This document shows positions 26,151-40,099 of a DNA stretch of 64,000 nt, one piece after another (position 1 is the first letter of the stretch; the number at the start of each line of letters is the position of its first letter). A model generated the notes under the pieces. The model searched no databases, was not told the DNA's origin, and saw only the letters and a list, made by a program, of their open reading frames with translations. The stretch is from Octopus vulgaris (taxonomy: Eukaryota), in NCBI GenBank assembly GCA_951406725.2, contig OX597820.1, positions 36,828,001 to 36,892,000 on the forward strand. Reading direction: 5' to 3'. Made by a program: the position numbers and the translations under genes.

Positions 26151-26478
26151 TCATCATCATCATCGTTTAATGTCCGCTTTCCATGCTAGCATGGGTTGTA
26201 TGATTTGACTGAGGTCTGGCAAGCCAGATGGCTACACCAGACTCCAATCTGATCTGACAGAGTTTCTACAGCTGGATGCCCCTCCTAATGCCAACCACTC
26301 TGAGAGTGTAGTGGGTGCTTTTACATGCCACCAGCACAAGGGCCAGTCAGGCAGTACTGGCAACGGCCCGGCTCAAATGGTGCTTTTTATGTGCCATCTG
26401 CACAGGAGCCAGTCCAGTGGCACTGGCAACAACCTTGCTTAAATGTTTTTTCACGTACCACCAGCATGAGTGCCAGTT
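26151..26478 (-). mobile_element. RTE-related SINE; further fragments at 25143-25297 (-), 46085-46223 (+), 49117-49320 (-)
   Basis: Reverse complement of the 10245/33090/58822 family, including the (cat)n tail. Confidence 0.8.
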
Positions 26479-27289
26479 AGCTTAAGTTAGTAGATTTATA
26501 AGAGGGTTTAGTTGAAACTCTGAGTATGTTACTGAATATAGCAGGAACCTAATAGTTGGAGGTTAAAATGGTTGAAACCTTGACTACAACAACCACAATG
26601 AAAGTACTTATCTGAATATCCCTATTTAATAATATCCTACATAAATGTTGAATGATTATTTGATTCCTCTAGTCATTTACATCATATAGAAAAAGGTGAA
26701 GAGAGTAAATGAGATACAAGAGATTTAACATCAGTAGCATAGGGTGAATGTAAATACTAGGTTTATTGGCAGGAGTAAGAAAGGGAATAAATGACAAAAT
26801 ACTTATGGGAGAAGTTATCCAAATGAGAAATTTGCTTCATTTCATTGTATTTCAAGGAAATATTTTTCTTTTGAAAATTAATACTCATTTTATCATTCTG
26901 TACAAGCATTTAGGATTTTGATAAAAATTAAATTATAATTATTATATGCCATTCATGGTGGCGGTGGGTAATATTCTAGTATCAGTGTATAATAATAATT
27001 CCTTAACTCAGAACTCATGACAAAATTTTAATTAAAGTAACATAACAAAATTAAATGGACCCAACTTTCATTCATTTCTGTAATAAAAATATTACATTGA
27101 CTGTCACATAAAAATTCCAATATTTCATTGTAATGTCTCACAAAAATTTCCTTCTCGTGAAGCAATAATAATTTGCCCAATTAATTCCAAGTAATTCTAT
27201 GTTTAATGGTTTATCTTGCATTTAACGTCATTAGTGGTTAGTCAAGCTACCATTTTTAACAGCTGTTCTTCAACTGAAACCATGAGGAG

Positions 27290-28462
27290 TCACTCACCAT
27301 TGTGAATACGTCTGTGACGGTTTAAATTCTGATTATCAGCATATGATTTACCACAAATATCACAGCTGTATGGTCTTTCACCTGTGTGACCACGTATATG
27401 AAGTGTTAAATGACCTTTTTGAGAGAAGGATTTACCACAACTATCACAGTGAAATGGATTCTCACCTGTGTGAATACGTACATGTTGAGTTAGATGACCA
27501 TTTTGAGAGAATGTTTTACCACAAATATCACAGTGGTATGGTTTCTCACCTGTATGCATACGTATGTGTATAGTTAAACTATTACTCACAGCAAATCTTT
27601 TCCCACAGATATCACAGTGGTATGGGTTGTCACCTGTATGCATGCGTTTGTGTCTATTTAATGTGCTATTACCAGAGAATGTTTTTCCACAAATATCACA
27701 GTAAAATGGCTTCTCTCCTGTGTGAACTTGTTTGTGACGAGTCAACTTATTAGATTCAGAAAACGTTTTCCCACAGATATCACAATGGTATGGTTGCTCA
27801 CCAGTGTGAATGTGTTTGTGCTTAGTCATACTACCTCTTTCAGAGAATGTTTTCCCACAGACATCACAGTAATATGGCTTTTCATTTGTGTGAATGTATT
27901 TGTGTCTATTCAAATCATAACCCCGGGAAAATGTTTTAGCACAAATTCCACATTGATATGGTTTCTCTCCTGTGTGGACACGTTTATGAACAGTTAACAC
28001 ACTATTTTGTGAAAATGTTTTACCACAAATATCACAGTGATACGGTTTCTCACCTGAATGAGTATATTTGTGCGCAGACAAATGACCTTTCTGAGAGAAT
28101 GTTCTACTACAAATATCACAGTGATATGGCTTTTCACCAGTATGAATACGTTTGTGCTTGGTCAAATTACTACTGTCAGTGAAAATTTTGCCACAGATTA
28201 TACATTGGTAAACTTTCTCCTCTTTCTGAACATTTTTATGCAAAGACAATGAACCATTTTTGGTAATGTTAAAATATTTAAGCTTTGAGTTTGTCTGGTG
28301 TAAGTTTTGCTTAAATAACAAGTTACATTTAGTAAATGTCTTATTGTTGATGTTTAAGTGATATGCTGTTTTCTGTGCATCTACACATGTATGAAGAGAT
28401 GTGTCACTGAAGTTGAGCTGTGTTTGAGCATACAATTGACTTTTGTAAAGTTTATCCGCCAT
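27290..28462 (-). CDS. C2H2 zinc-finger protein Z3, 11 fingers with ~85-aa leader
   Basis: 390-aa ORF; leader resembles decayed fingers; stops right after finger 11 (HNGE*). Confidence 0.92.
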   Translation of the reverse strand: MADKLYKSQLYAQTQLNFSDTSLHTCVDAQKTAYHLNINNKTFTKCNLLFKQNLHQTNSKLKYFNITKNGSLSLHKNVQKEEKVYQCIICGKIFTDSSNLTKHKRIHTGEKPYHCDICSRTFSQKGHLSAHKYTHSGEKPYHCDICGKTFSQNSVLTVHKRVHTGEKPYQCGICAKTFSRGYDLNRHKYIHTNEKPYYCDVCGKTFSERGSMTKHKHIHTGEQPYHCDICGKTFSESNKLTRHKQVHTGEKPFYCDICGKTFSGNSTLNRHKRMHTGDNPYHCDICGKRFAVSNSLTIHIRMHTGEKPYHCDICGKTFSQNGHLTQHVRIHTGENPFHCDSCGKSFSQKGHLTLHIRGHTGERPYSCDICGKSYADNQNLNRHRRIHNGE

Positions 28463-29554
28463 AGCTTTCTTATAAATCTAGAAAAAGATTATTTTCAAAT
28501 GTCGAATAATAAATAAAGATGCTCTGACACTTTTCCAGATTTACTGCAACTATTCCAGTTTTATCATGTGCATCTCTGTAGCAGGATGGTCACACTGTGT
28601 CTCTGCATGTTGTAAAAGGTATATAAAAAAGTTGACAGCAAGAAGGGGATCTGGCTGTAAAATGCTGCCTCAGAAAACACATGACCCATGCCAGCATGGA
28701 AAAGCAGATATGAAACTGATGATGATTCTCAACAATTTCTTAAGTCGTAATGCATTTTTTTCTTATAAAAAGTGATATTTGACATCTGTAGATGAGTCAA
28801 TCATAAAGAAACAGTTATAAATCTTTTATTAGTTTTTTTTCTTTCTTGGAGTTAAAGTGGAATTAGAAACTAGCAAATGAACTGACTCCAGTTCTCAGGA
28901 AGACAAACAAATATGGAAGTCATTATGCCAAGACAGTCCCTATGATATCATGTTTATACTGTAATCTGTTTATAAACTTAATTTAAATTTCACAGAAACT
29001 TAATTAAGGTTATAAAGAACAGTTTTTTTCTTTTGATAATGCCTGTCTTCTGTTTTCAAAATTTGATATATTTCTGGATATATCTTGAATCAGTAATTAC
29101 CATTTGAATGTTCCCACAAACTCTGAAATAAAGAATATAAGGTAGAAAGGACAATGAAAAGTGAACATGTAAGTTATTAGAGAAGGAACTTAAACAGACA
29201 TGAAATAGAAAGGTAAAAAAAAATACATAGAGGAAAGACACAATTATATGGATAATGTGATAAAAGGATGAGGACTTAAGAAAGGAGATAGAATGGGATA
29301 CATAAATCTATTCTATAATAGTTTGAAGAATGTAACTTTTACAAGAAAGCAATTATTAAAATGTACACTACCTAGAAAAGTTTTATAAATTCCAATTTTA
29401 ATGTATTTCTTTTTAGCAAAATGTGATTTTCAAGATTTTTTTTATTATTGAAGAGTTCAGCTTCATGATTCAATAACAAAACAAATCTTTATTTACTGTG
29501 ACATAGTTATTTAACTCTGCAAGATAGTGATTTTTAATGTTTCTGTCCCTACCT

Positions 29555-30375
29555 GGCATACCTACAGAATTGTACCCCATCCAACTTTGTTTCCTCATAA
29601 CTTTCTGAAAAACAGATATTTTTAATAAAATATTTTTACAAATATGTTTCAGATGGTTTAGATTACAATCATATCAGAATTTGTTAAAATCTTTTTCAGA
29701 TGTGGTGGGGAGAAGAGCTTCAGATAATTCTTTTGCTTCAACTTTGTTTCTTCATAACTTTCTGAAAAATTAGTCCTTTTTAATGCAATTGTCTACAAAT
29801 ACCTATCAGATTGTGCAAATTATAATTACAACTGAATTTAATGGAATAGGAGTGGGTGGATATATCATTCATCTCAATTTTGTTTCCTCATACATTTTGA
29901 TGATATTGATTACAAATTACATAGAAAAAAATATTACTTTGAGAACAATTCTACCGTTTCCTGAAAATTCTCCGAAAGAAATCTTTGTAGAAAGGAGAGT
30001 ACATTGCTAACACTAATTATTGGTTACATGTTTCTTTCATTAATTTACGGCAGCTTTAATCTCTATCTTTTAAACAAACTCAAATGTAGCCCATACTCTA
30101 CATGGTTGTTTAGTATGTTAGAAATAGCAGGGATCATGTGGGCTTCAAAAGTAACCTGTTTTTTAAACATAATTGTAATTTGCATCATCAAAATATATGA
30201 GAAAACTAAGTGGAGATGTGTAAAATATCTCCCACATCCATTCTTTCCCCATATTAAATTCTGATATAATCACAATATACACCATCTGAAAGGTATTTGA
30301 AAATTGCATTAAAAAATACCCCTTTTCAGAAAGTTATGAAGAAAGTCAGACAGTAAACACTTATGCAGTTCTGCC
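29555..30375. mobile_element. Foldback/MITE-like element, same family as 6164-6858
   Basis: actttgtttcctcataactttctgaaaa on the left arm, ttttcagaaagttatgaagaa on the right, ending cacttatgcagttctgcc. Confidence 0.75.
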
Positions 30376-30705
30376 CTAAATTTACTTACTAATCAAGTTC
30401 TATGAGACATAAATGATAAGAAAATTTAGATATATCAGAAAAATTACACAAATTGAGAATCAAGTGTGTAAATATCATTTAGCAACTTGTAAGTCTTTCT
30501 GCTAATAAAACAATACATAAACATTTGTATTGGAGCTATGTACAAACAGATAATCCAGGATCAATATCTGCATAAAAAAAAACAATAGTTTCTTTTTTTA
30601 ATAGATTGTTAAGGAAAGAATGGTCAATTCTTGTAGCTGTTGTAGGCCCACTGATTGATGTTGTTAGTGTTTCTCTTGAACAGTTGCAGTTTGATTGTTG
30701 CAATA

Positions 30706-31097
30706 GGCGCAGGAGTAGCTGTGTGGTAAGTAGCTTGTTTACCAATCACATGGTTCCAGGTTCAGTCCCACTGCGTGGCATCTTGGGCAAGTGTCTTGTA
30801 CTATAGCCTCAGGCTGACCAAAGCCTTGTGAGTGGATTTGGTAGACGGAAACTGAAAGAAGCCTGTCGTATATATATATGCATGTGTGTGTTTGTGTGTC
30901 TGTGTTTGTCCCCCTAAGCTTGACAACCGATGCTGGTGTGTTTATGTCCCCGTTACTTAGCGGTTCGGCAAAAGAGACCGATAGAATAAGTACTGGGCTT
31001 ACAAAAGAATAAGTCCCGGGGTCGAGTTGCTCGACTAAAGGCGGTGCTCCAGCATGGCCTCAGTCAAATGACTGAAACAAGTAAAAGAGTAAAGAGA
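30706..31097 (+). mobile_element. Near full-length tRNA-derived SINE
   Basis: ggcgcaggagtagctgtgtggtaag (A-box-like), ggttcagtccc (B-box-like), cttgggcaagt (CORE-like), internal (TA)/(TG), tail actgaaacaagtaaaagag. Confidence 0.85.
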
Positions 31098-33089
31098 GAA
31101 GAAATTCTAGAAGATCAACAAACTAACAAGGAAGAATTGATAAAAGTACTTGGTGTGGGACGTAGTGGTGTAGACACAAGCCCCCACCCCACACAGAAAG
31201 ATGAGCTACAAGAGAATCAGAAGTGCGTGAGTTAGGTGACAGGAGACTGGTCAATGATGGAATGACAGAAGAGATACCATGATTGTGGGTCAGAAGTTGG
31301 AATGTACTGGTGAGTGACTAAAGGCCAATTAGTCGGGTGCCCTTTCTCTGGATGTGGTCCAAGATGTCTGTGTGTATCCGCTTAATGGGCTTCTGCACAA
31401 TTTCCGTCAACTCAATTTCACTCACAAGATCGAACTGAAACTATTTGCCCAAGAATGTGTCGGAGAGAGAGACAGACAGACAGACAGATGGTAAGCTATC
31501 GTAAAGACAAGGCCTAGAGTAGCTGATAGGATTGGAATGCTCTTTTACTTGAACTAGTTAATGAAAACTATTTTGATATAAATTACACTGATGTTAAGTA
31601 ACGTATTGTTTTTTGTTGAACTATTATTATGTCTAAATTCACGCCTTGACACACCGATGAAAAACATGTAGATACATTGTTACAGAAAATAAACAATGAA
31701 TATGTTTTCATTTAGTAATTGTCTATAAGCATGTTATTTAGCACGTGTCTGATTAGAGAATGTCTGACGAGAAACTATAAACAACGATAAGAAGGCAAGC
31801 AGAATAAGAAATTTAATAACAATTTTATCACGACTGATTATTGTTTAACATCTCCATTCATTTTGATGTTTTTAGATTTTGTTAAAGTAAATATAATTAA
31901 GCGCACTGAATACAATATAAACATATGTATATTTATTGTCAAAACAAATTCTCGATAGAATTCAGTAGGCTCCGTTGAACCTTGGGGGTGTGCAACCAAT
32001 TAAAACACTTGGTGCTGCATTGATGCCCTTCCCCCACTTCTCTTTTTCTTTTCTCTCCCTTTTTTTTTTCTTTTCGTTGTCTTCCTTTTGTAAAAAACTT
32101 ATATTATGAAAGAATCACAACTATTACTACATTAATAAAAATTTAGAATTTGAAGACACAAAAACCGAGACAGAAAGTCAACGTGACAAACTATAAATTA
32201 GGAATTCTAGATGTCCAAAATATATTAAAACTGTATAAACTGATTTGATTGAAATTCAGTTAATAAAGATGTATGACAATGGGAAACATTATAATAATCC
32301 GTCACAGTTAATAGCAAATATTTCAAGATCATGCATATTGACGATAAATAGTTTCAAAAACTGAACACCAGAATGATTTTTCCATGAATGTAAATAACAA
32401 CTTGCCAGCTTAGTCCACGTAGATGTTACTACACATAAACATATTCAACAATTAGCTGCAGAAAAATAGATCAACTTACTGTTTCCTTTCTGTTTTTCAC
32501 GCTGTTTGGTGAAATATTGAAAGTCGAACTGCTTTGTGGATATCTACGAACATACTGTAGTAAACGGTAGTGTTTACGCGAAATGTAGTAAACATACATT
32601 TGACGAAGTTCATTGACAACATACGACACAAGCCTGTCATAATACCGTTATGCAGACCTAATTAATCCATAGAATCATCGGCCGTGCTTTCGTAAAAGGA
32701 CCTTTCTTTCACTCATCATTTTGTTTGATTAAATATACACAAGACGTAGAATGTAAAACCTCCTTTAAATAATACAAATTATGAAGACTGTAAGCAATTC
32801 CATTAATGTTGATATGACTAAAAGGTTTAGAAAGAAACATTTGTAGTGGTAGGTATGCCTGTGTGCGAAGAAATTTGATGTCCAACATGCGGTTACAAGT
32901 TCAATTTCACTGCATGGCACCTTGGCGATTGTCTTTTACAATTGCTCCAGGCTGACTAAAGCTTTATAAGTGGATTTGATAGACAGAAACTTTAAAAAAG
33001 CTTGTTACATAATGTGTGTGCGAGTGTTAAAGCCGTCTAAGGATCCATAAATCTGGAAAAAATGCACTTGTATATGTCAGTAGAATGGG

Positions 33090-33445
33090 TATATTAATTG
33101 AAGGTGTACAGTATTATATATCCATCACAGCCGATTTTACCAATTGGTTTTGCACGTGGCCGATGCCAGCGCCGCCTCGACTGGCTTCCGTGCCGGTGGC
33201 ACGTAAAAAGCACCAATCCGACCGTGGCTGTTGCCAGCCTCGCCTGGCACCTGTGCGGGTGGCATGTAAAAAGCACCCACTACACTCACGGAGTGGTTGG
33301 CGTTAGGAAGGGCATCCAGCTGTAGAAACATTGCCAGATAAGACTGGAGCCTGGTGCAGCCTTCTGGCTTCCCAGATCCCCAGTCGAACCGTCCAACCCA
33401 TGCTAGCATGGAGAACGGACGTTAAACGATGATGATGATGATGAT
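33090..33445 (+). mobile_element. RTE-related SINE with (GAT)n tail
   Basis: Same core and tail as 10245-10611; two GGTG..GCACC units. Confidence 0.8.
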
Positions 33446-33620
33446 TCAACAGTGTTAAATAAGTTTGATTATTTAACCCTGCACTCTTCAGAGGTAGCCA
33501 TTATGGAATGAAATATGGTGACTCTTCTCTTCTCAATCATATATAATAATAATAATGAAATTATTGTATACAGTGCTCAGGTGCACTCATCTCCTGCAGT
33601 AGCCTTGTGTACAAATGAGT

Positions 33621-33624
<4 letters not shown>

Positions 33625-33690
<66 letters not shown>
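33625..33690. repeat. (TA)n microsatellite
   Basis: About 33 uninterrupted AT dinucleotides. Confidence 0.95.
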
Positions 33691-33693
<3 letters not shown>

Positions 33694-36600
33694 TGTAAAT
33701 TTGGAGGGCTATATCTGGGCAAATACCATGCTGGCTCTTAGTTATGTTCTCGGTTACAGGTAACCACATCAGTTACTATTTAACATCTATGATGTAACAA
33801 CCATAAAAATATGCCGTATGAATTTATAAAATAAAAGGAAATAAACTCCTACTTCATTATAATTATTGCTTGTGTGTGTGTGTTTGTCACCTACTACTGC
33901 TTGACAATCTGTGTTGGTGGGTTTACATCCTTGCAACTTAGTAATTCACCAAAAAGAAACTGATAAAATAAGTACCAGGCTTAAAATAAGTACTGGGGAC
34001 AATTAGACAAAATTCCTTAAGGCAGTGCCCAAGCATGGCTGCAGTCCAATGACTGAAACAAATAAAAGTAAAAGAAAAAAGGAAAAATAGGAAATACTTA
34101 AGTTCATTTATAGAAATGGAATCTAATGTTTTGGGGCTGTTCTTTCATCTAAGATGTGTTCACATGTCACTGTGATAAATATATAAATAAACTGGAAAAG
34201 AAAAACATTAAGCAATGGCTAAAATATTTCCATTGTCTCAGCAAATAAGAAAGACAATTCCAGACTTGTTTAGAGTTTATTCTAAGCTCAACATTTCAAA
34301 ATTATCAGTTTATATGGCTTCTAATTGAAACAATATCTTTCAAAACATCCTTCATGTACACTGTACTTTACTAAATAATAATTAAGTCTATAAATACAGT
34401 TGTAAGATTTCAAATATTCTATGTTCAAGGAAGACTAAAAAAAAAAATGGTTTTGCAATGTAAGGTTCCAACCAAGTTCTGGTATCAATGAAAACATAGT
34501 ATAAAACAATACTTTGGAGAAATTCATAACTTTCAGTTATCTAAAGTCAGTGAAAGTAGAAAATTACCAATTGATTATTTTTACTTTTTATTGATTTTAC
34601 ACAATTTATAAATATTTTAGAGACATAACTCCTGACTGCCAGCTGTAGAATATAAAAAGAGCATAGAAATAGAGAAACGGATTACTAAAATGAAAAATGT
34701 AATCAGAATAAAATTATTGGGGAATGAGGATACTGAAGACAAGGCAGTTTTGCTAGAGAGAGAGAGAGAAAGGAGAAAGATTAAAAGAATTATTTGGTGA
34801 ACAAATTGTAATAACAGAGTTTCTGGTTCGAAGCGACGAACTACCACCAGTAGTACATAGTAAATTGAAAGTAAGTGAAATTTGTAAAACTTAAAATAAT
34901 GTTTAAAAAAAAAAATGTTGTAAAGAAGAACAATGAACTGTTCGTGAATAATATGTTACATAAACAGTTAAATGACACTGCTTGCGTGTGGGGTGAAGGT
35001 AAGACATTTCATTTTTCATTATATCATTATAATCATAATTTAATTTGATTTATGTTTTATGTACCCCACTGTATTGTGTTGTCTGTCTTTGTTCGTCCCT
35101 TCTTTGTAAGAGCCAATATACTTGTAATAAAGAATAAAGCTATAGGGTAGAATGTGCCATTAGAATATTGTTAATCTTTTAAGCTACCTCACATTCCAAT
35201 TGCAAATTTAACAATTTCAACCTCAATTTTTTCCTCTGTTCTTTTAACAATAACAAAATTTCACTGTTTTTTTTTTCCCCCTCAAATAATAGGTAAACTG
35301 TTCAGGTAGTTGCTCACTTTTTATGCCAGAAGCTGATGAACATTTACACTGCAGCCTTCTTAATGATATAAAACACCAAAGAGGGAAATAAACTGGAGTA
35401 GAAAGAAAGATATAAAAGCCAAGATAATACAAGAGAATACATCAACATTCTTGTTGCTAATTAACAATTTTTTAATGTCTGCCATCTATTCTCTTCTCTT
35501 ATATAACATCTGTGTTGATATTTCATTGTGGCTTATTTCTAATGCTGTCTTGTTTTTAATTTCAGATTATCTTGTGACTTTGAGAGCAAAGTTCTTGGTT
35601 CAATATTCATCAATAAACATATCAAATTTTGTAAAGCATAACATTGTGAAGAATACTTGTAAAGCAGATTACCTGTGATTTGATTACTGGAAAATGTTAG
35701 ATTTTATTTATAATTAACATTTCTTGAGTTGAATGTCCTTTAATGGACCAAGTTATTAGAAATATTAGACAGGCTGAATAAGATTTTGTCACTTTCAAGA
35801 AAGCTTCAGTAAGGATTCATATTTTATAATCTGGTAGGCTCGAGAATTTTATTTTAAAATTTTAATTGGAGTAGACATTTTCAGACCCTTCAAGACTGCT
35901 GAGGTTGATGTTTAGTTTAAAATCCATTTTGTTGATATTTGCAAGGAACATGTAAGTGGTGTAAATTTTCAGTATTTTGGGAGATGAGGCTATGTACACT
36001 GGGTAAACCTAGTCAGCAGTGTCAAGTACCTTGCAAACATTGACATACAAACAGTAAATAGTTGAGAATGAGGAACAACTTTAACAAGTGGTTCAAACTA
36101 TATACAAAGTCAAAGTTGGAAATGATCTCAGTTTAGAATGAGTTAACTAGGAGTTAACTTTTATTTCCTCTTCAGATTTGCTGTTTGATTTTGTTGATAG
36201 TTTAGTCTATCTTGTGAACCATCTAGTACAGATACCATCCAATATCTTCACTTTCAACAACAATCACTCCTGCGTCTTCTCAATTAACAGCATCTTGCAG
36301 GACAGTAAAGCAGCAGCAGCAGCCTCCATCATAACTTTTTGAATCAATCTGCTAAGGAATCTTTTCATTCATTTGCTCAGTCAAACAATTTATTAATAGG
36401 CACACTAACTGGTACCTAGTTAATTAAGAGCTGAGTCTACATCATCATTTTTCTAATTAAGTGAATTAATAACAAACTAACAAGTGCCCAAGTTATTTGA
36501 ATAGATTTGATTTACAAGTATTTTTATCAGTAAATGTCAAGCATACAAACCAGATGAATTTGCAGCATTACCAGCTGATGTACTCCAAAATGAAAGCCTT

Positions 36601-36869
36601 ACTGATCATCTTGCTGCAGATTAGCTATGATGTATCAACCCAGATACTGCTTCTACAAACCACTCTGATACCATCAAGCTGAATGATAGCTAGCTTGATA
36701 ATTACAACATGACAGCTAGTGGAAGCCATCATAATTCAAACCAAGAACATGTCCACTCAGCACTCTTACAAACCTATTACCTTACACAACAGCAAGTTTA
36801 CAGAGCAGAACTTTGCAAAAGCCTATTTCATTTCTTACAAGCCTACACATATCTTTGGCAGTCACAACC

Positions 36870-38265
36870 CATGTTTCACTGCTATGTAGCATAGCTGTTC
36901 ACTCACAGGCATCATACAGACTGCCTTTCACTGAGGGAGAGGCCCTTTGTTGCCAACAGAGGTAGGAGCTTCTGTTTTTCCTAGCTTATTCTTATTCTTG
37001 CAGCTATGCTCTTGGAGCAGCCACCTCTGCTACTGACTGGGTCACCTAGATAGCAGAAGCTATCAACTACCTCTAGCTTACCTACCTGGCATTTGATAGA
37101 GTCTATTTTCTGTACATTTTTAGTGTTTATTGTACCAGTCCACCTTCCACACACAAAACCGATTTTCCCAGTTAACCTTCCTCTGATATTGCTGCACCTC
37201 TTGTGTCTGTAGCTTGCACTAGGTACATCTTATGGAATTTCTGTCTACACCTTTCCTACAGATGAGCAGGGCCATCTACCTGAAGGGATTTGTGATTTGT
37301 CTGCTTTCCTACTTACTAAGACTTTGGTTTTTGCTGGGTTAACTCTAAGGCCCTTTGATTCTAGACCTTACTTCCACATCTGAAACTTCTCTAGTTCTGG
37401 TAGTGATTCAGCAATCAGAACAATGTCATCAGCAGAGAGAAGATCCCAGGGGCAGCCCATCTTAAATTCCTCTATTATTGCCTGGAGGACTATGATGAGC
37501 AAGAGAGGGCTCGGGAGTGATCCTTGGTGAATCCCTACTTGTACTATGAATTAATTACTATATTCGTTGCCAACCCTCACCTTACTGACAGTATCCCTGT
37601 ACATGGCTTGTACAGCTCTCACCAACCACTCATCTATCCCTAGTTTCTGCATTGACCATCAGATATGAGATCGGGGGACCCTGTCAAAGGCTTTCTCCAT
37701 GTCAATTAAAGCCAAGTACAGAGGTTTGTCTTTGGCTAGGTACTTCTCCTACAGCTGCCTTACAAGAAATATAGCATCAGTGATGCTTCTCCTTGGCACA
37801 AAACCAACTCCTAATTAGTTGGACTATGACACTCTCCATGACTTTCATCACCTGATCCAACAATTTGATACTGCTGTAATTATTTCTAAGGCATCACCTT
37901 TACCTTTGTAGCAGTTGACTATGATGCTGCTACACCATAATCAACTGGGCATGACTTCTTTGTGTACCACCTGATTAACTATATGGGTGACTAAACTATA
38001 ATCCACACTGCCAGATATTTTAAAAATCTTAGCAGTTATTCCTGATGGGCCAGAGACTTTCCCCATCTTCATATCCTTCATGGCTTTGTCCACAACACTA
38101 TTGTCTATTTGGATTTCTGGTCCCTCTGTTGGAACAACATTACACAGACTCTCCTTCTTCCATGAGTTCTCTAAATTTAGTAGCCTTTCATAGTGGCACT
38201 TCCAAACCTTTTTCTTTGCAGAGTCACTAACTGCAAGTGAACTATTATCCATGTGAACCACCTCT
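36870..38265 (-). mobile_element. Decayed RTE-clade LINE reverse transcriptase fragment; a more degraded piece near 61850-62200
   Basis: Minus-strand translation includes GFVPRRSITDAIFLVRQ, IDMEKAFDRVP, GIHQGS and SADD, with stops. Confidence 0.8.
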
Positions 38266-39040
38266 TCTGGACTAATTTATTAAATTCAAAACAATGTGAA
38301 TGAATAAGCATTACTTTGGACGGAATGTGAATGCTAAATGACTAATTATCATAGTAAAGTAATAGAGTAGACAGGAGGTGAAAGACCCTTGAATGATAGA
38401 TGAAAAGTGGAGAGTAAGGATTGCAAAAGTGTGGGAGAGAGTAAAAAATGGATAGAAACAGAGATGGAGGTGATCTGAGTAGTGAGATGCAGTAGTGAAA
38501 GGTGATGATGGTAAGAACAAGGAATTGACATCAAAAGGAAATTGGTAAGTGGAGAGAGAAGGATGACTGGCAGTATTAAAGGGGTGATGAAATACACAAA
38601 CTTATACAGCAGAAAGAAATGATGGAATGATTTTTCCAGATTATTGCAATTTTAATTAAAAAACACAGGAGTAATTCAGTCAGAAGATAGAGTCATCAAC
38701 TTTTCATATCAGAATAGTAGCAATTGTCTGAGTAAACAGAGAAGATATTAAATATAATCCACTGAAAAGTCCACATGTTTATATAAAATATTACATCTTA
38801 TCACTTACCCTAAATTTCTATAAGATAAATGGTTAGAGAACATGTAAATTTACATTGTTCCATTATCATGGTGTAGAACATTCTGCAAGAATTTTCAATT
38901 TATGTTTATCAGAGACAAAATAAGACAATGAAAAACATAGTTTCTGAATTGCTCCAACCATCTACTTTTTCTAATCTGAGTCACAAGAATCCTATGTAGC
39001 TTCATGAAAATAACAGTTCTTATAAATTCTTTATAATGTT

Positions 39041-40099
39041 TTATTCTTTTATTGTTTGTTTTGCATGTGCTTTTTCTTTATGATTAGACAAACTCCTATT
39101 CTCATTGTAAGTTTTACTACAGATATCACAATGATATGGTTTTACACCTGTGTGTACAGGTTTGTGACGATTTAAATTCTGATTATCAGCATATGATTTA
39201 CCACAAATGTCACAGCTATATGGTCTCACACCTGTGTGACCACGTATATGAAGTGTTAAATGACCTTTCCGTGAAAACATTTTACCACAGATATCACAAT
39301 GGTATGGCTTTTCACCTGTGTGAATACGTACATGCTGAGTTAAATGACCATTCTGTGAGAATGTTTTACCACAGATATCACAGTGGTATGGTTTCTCACC
39401 TGTGTGCAAGCGTATGTGTTTAGTTAATCCACTTTTGTCAAAGAACCTTTTTTCACAGATATCACAAGGGTATGGTTTCTCACCTGTGTGAATACGTACG
39501 TGTTGAGTTAAATGACCATTCACCGAGAATGTTTTACCACAGATTTCACAACGGTATGGATTATCACCTGTGTGCATGCGTATGTGTCTAATTAATGTAC
39601 TGTTGTCAGTAAATGTTTTGCCACAGATATCACAGCGGTATGGTTTGTCACCAGTATGAGTGCGTGTGTGTCTAGTTAATCTACTATTACTAGAGAATGT
39701 CTTTCCACACATATCACAATGGAATGGCTTGTCTCCTGAGTGAACATGTTTGTGATTAGTTAAGTTATTACATACAGAGAAGGTTTTCCCACAGATATCA
39801 CAGTGGTATGGTTTTTCACCAGTGTGAGTACGAATATGAAGTGTTAAATGACCCCTTTGGGAAAAAGTTTTACCACAGATATCACAGTGAAATGGATTGT
39901 CACCTGTGTGAATACGTACATGTTGAGTTAAATGACCATTTACAGAAAATGTTTTGCCACAAATGACACAGTGGTATGGTTTCTCACCTGTGTGCAAGTG
40001 TATGTGTTTAGTTAGTATGGTTTTGCCAGAGAATGCTTTTCCACAGATATCACAGTGATATGGTTTCTCACCAGTGTGAGCATGTTTGTGATTAGTCAT
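39041..40099 (-). CDS. C2H2 zinc-finger protein Z4, 12 fingers
   Basis: 352-aa ORF of canonical fingers starting MTNHK. Confidence 0.92.
   Translation of the reverse strand: MTNHKHAHTGEKPYHCDICGKAFSGKTILTKHIHLHTGEKPYHCVICGKTFSVNGHLTQHVRIHTGDNPFHCDICGKTFSQRGHLTLHIRTHTGEKPYHCDICGKTFSVCNNLTNHKHVHSGDKPFHCDMCGKTFSSNSRLTRHTRTHTGDKPYRCDICGKTFTDNSTLIRHIRMHTGDNPYRCEICGKTFSVNGHLTQHVRIHTGEKPYPCDICEKRFFDKSGLTKHIRLHTGEKPYHCDICGKTFSQNGHLTQHVRIHTGEKPYHCDICGKMFSRKGHLTLHIRGHTGVRPYSCDICGKSYADNQNLNRHKPVHTGVKPYHCDICSKTYNENRSLSNHKEKAHAKQTIKE

Larger units (their letters stand above)
29123..32479 (-). other. Predicted 5'-UTR intron of Z3
   Basis: GTAAGT donor (32474-32479) and TTTCAG acceptor (AG at 29123-29124). 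Confidence 0.7.

Noticed and set aside
30706-30780. tRNA genes at the SINE heads
   Set aside because: A/B-box-like sequences run directly into SINE bodies and no complete cloverleaf is evident.
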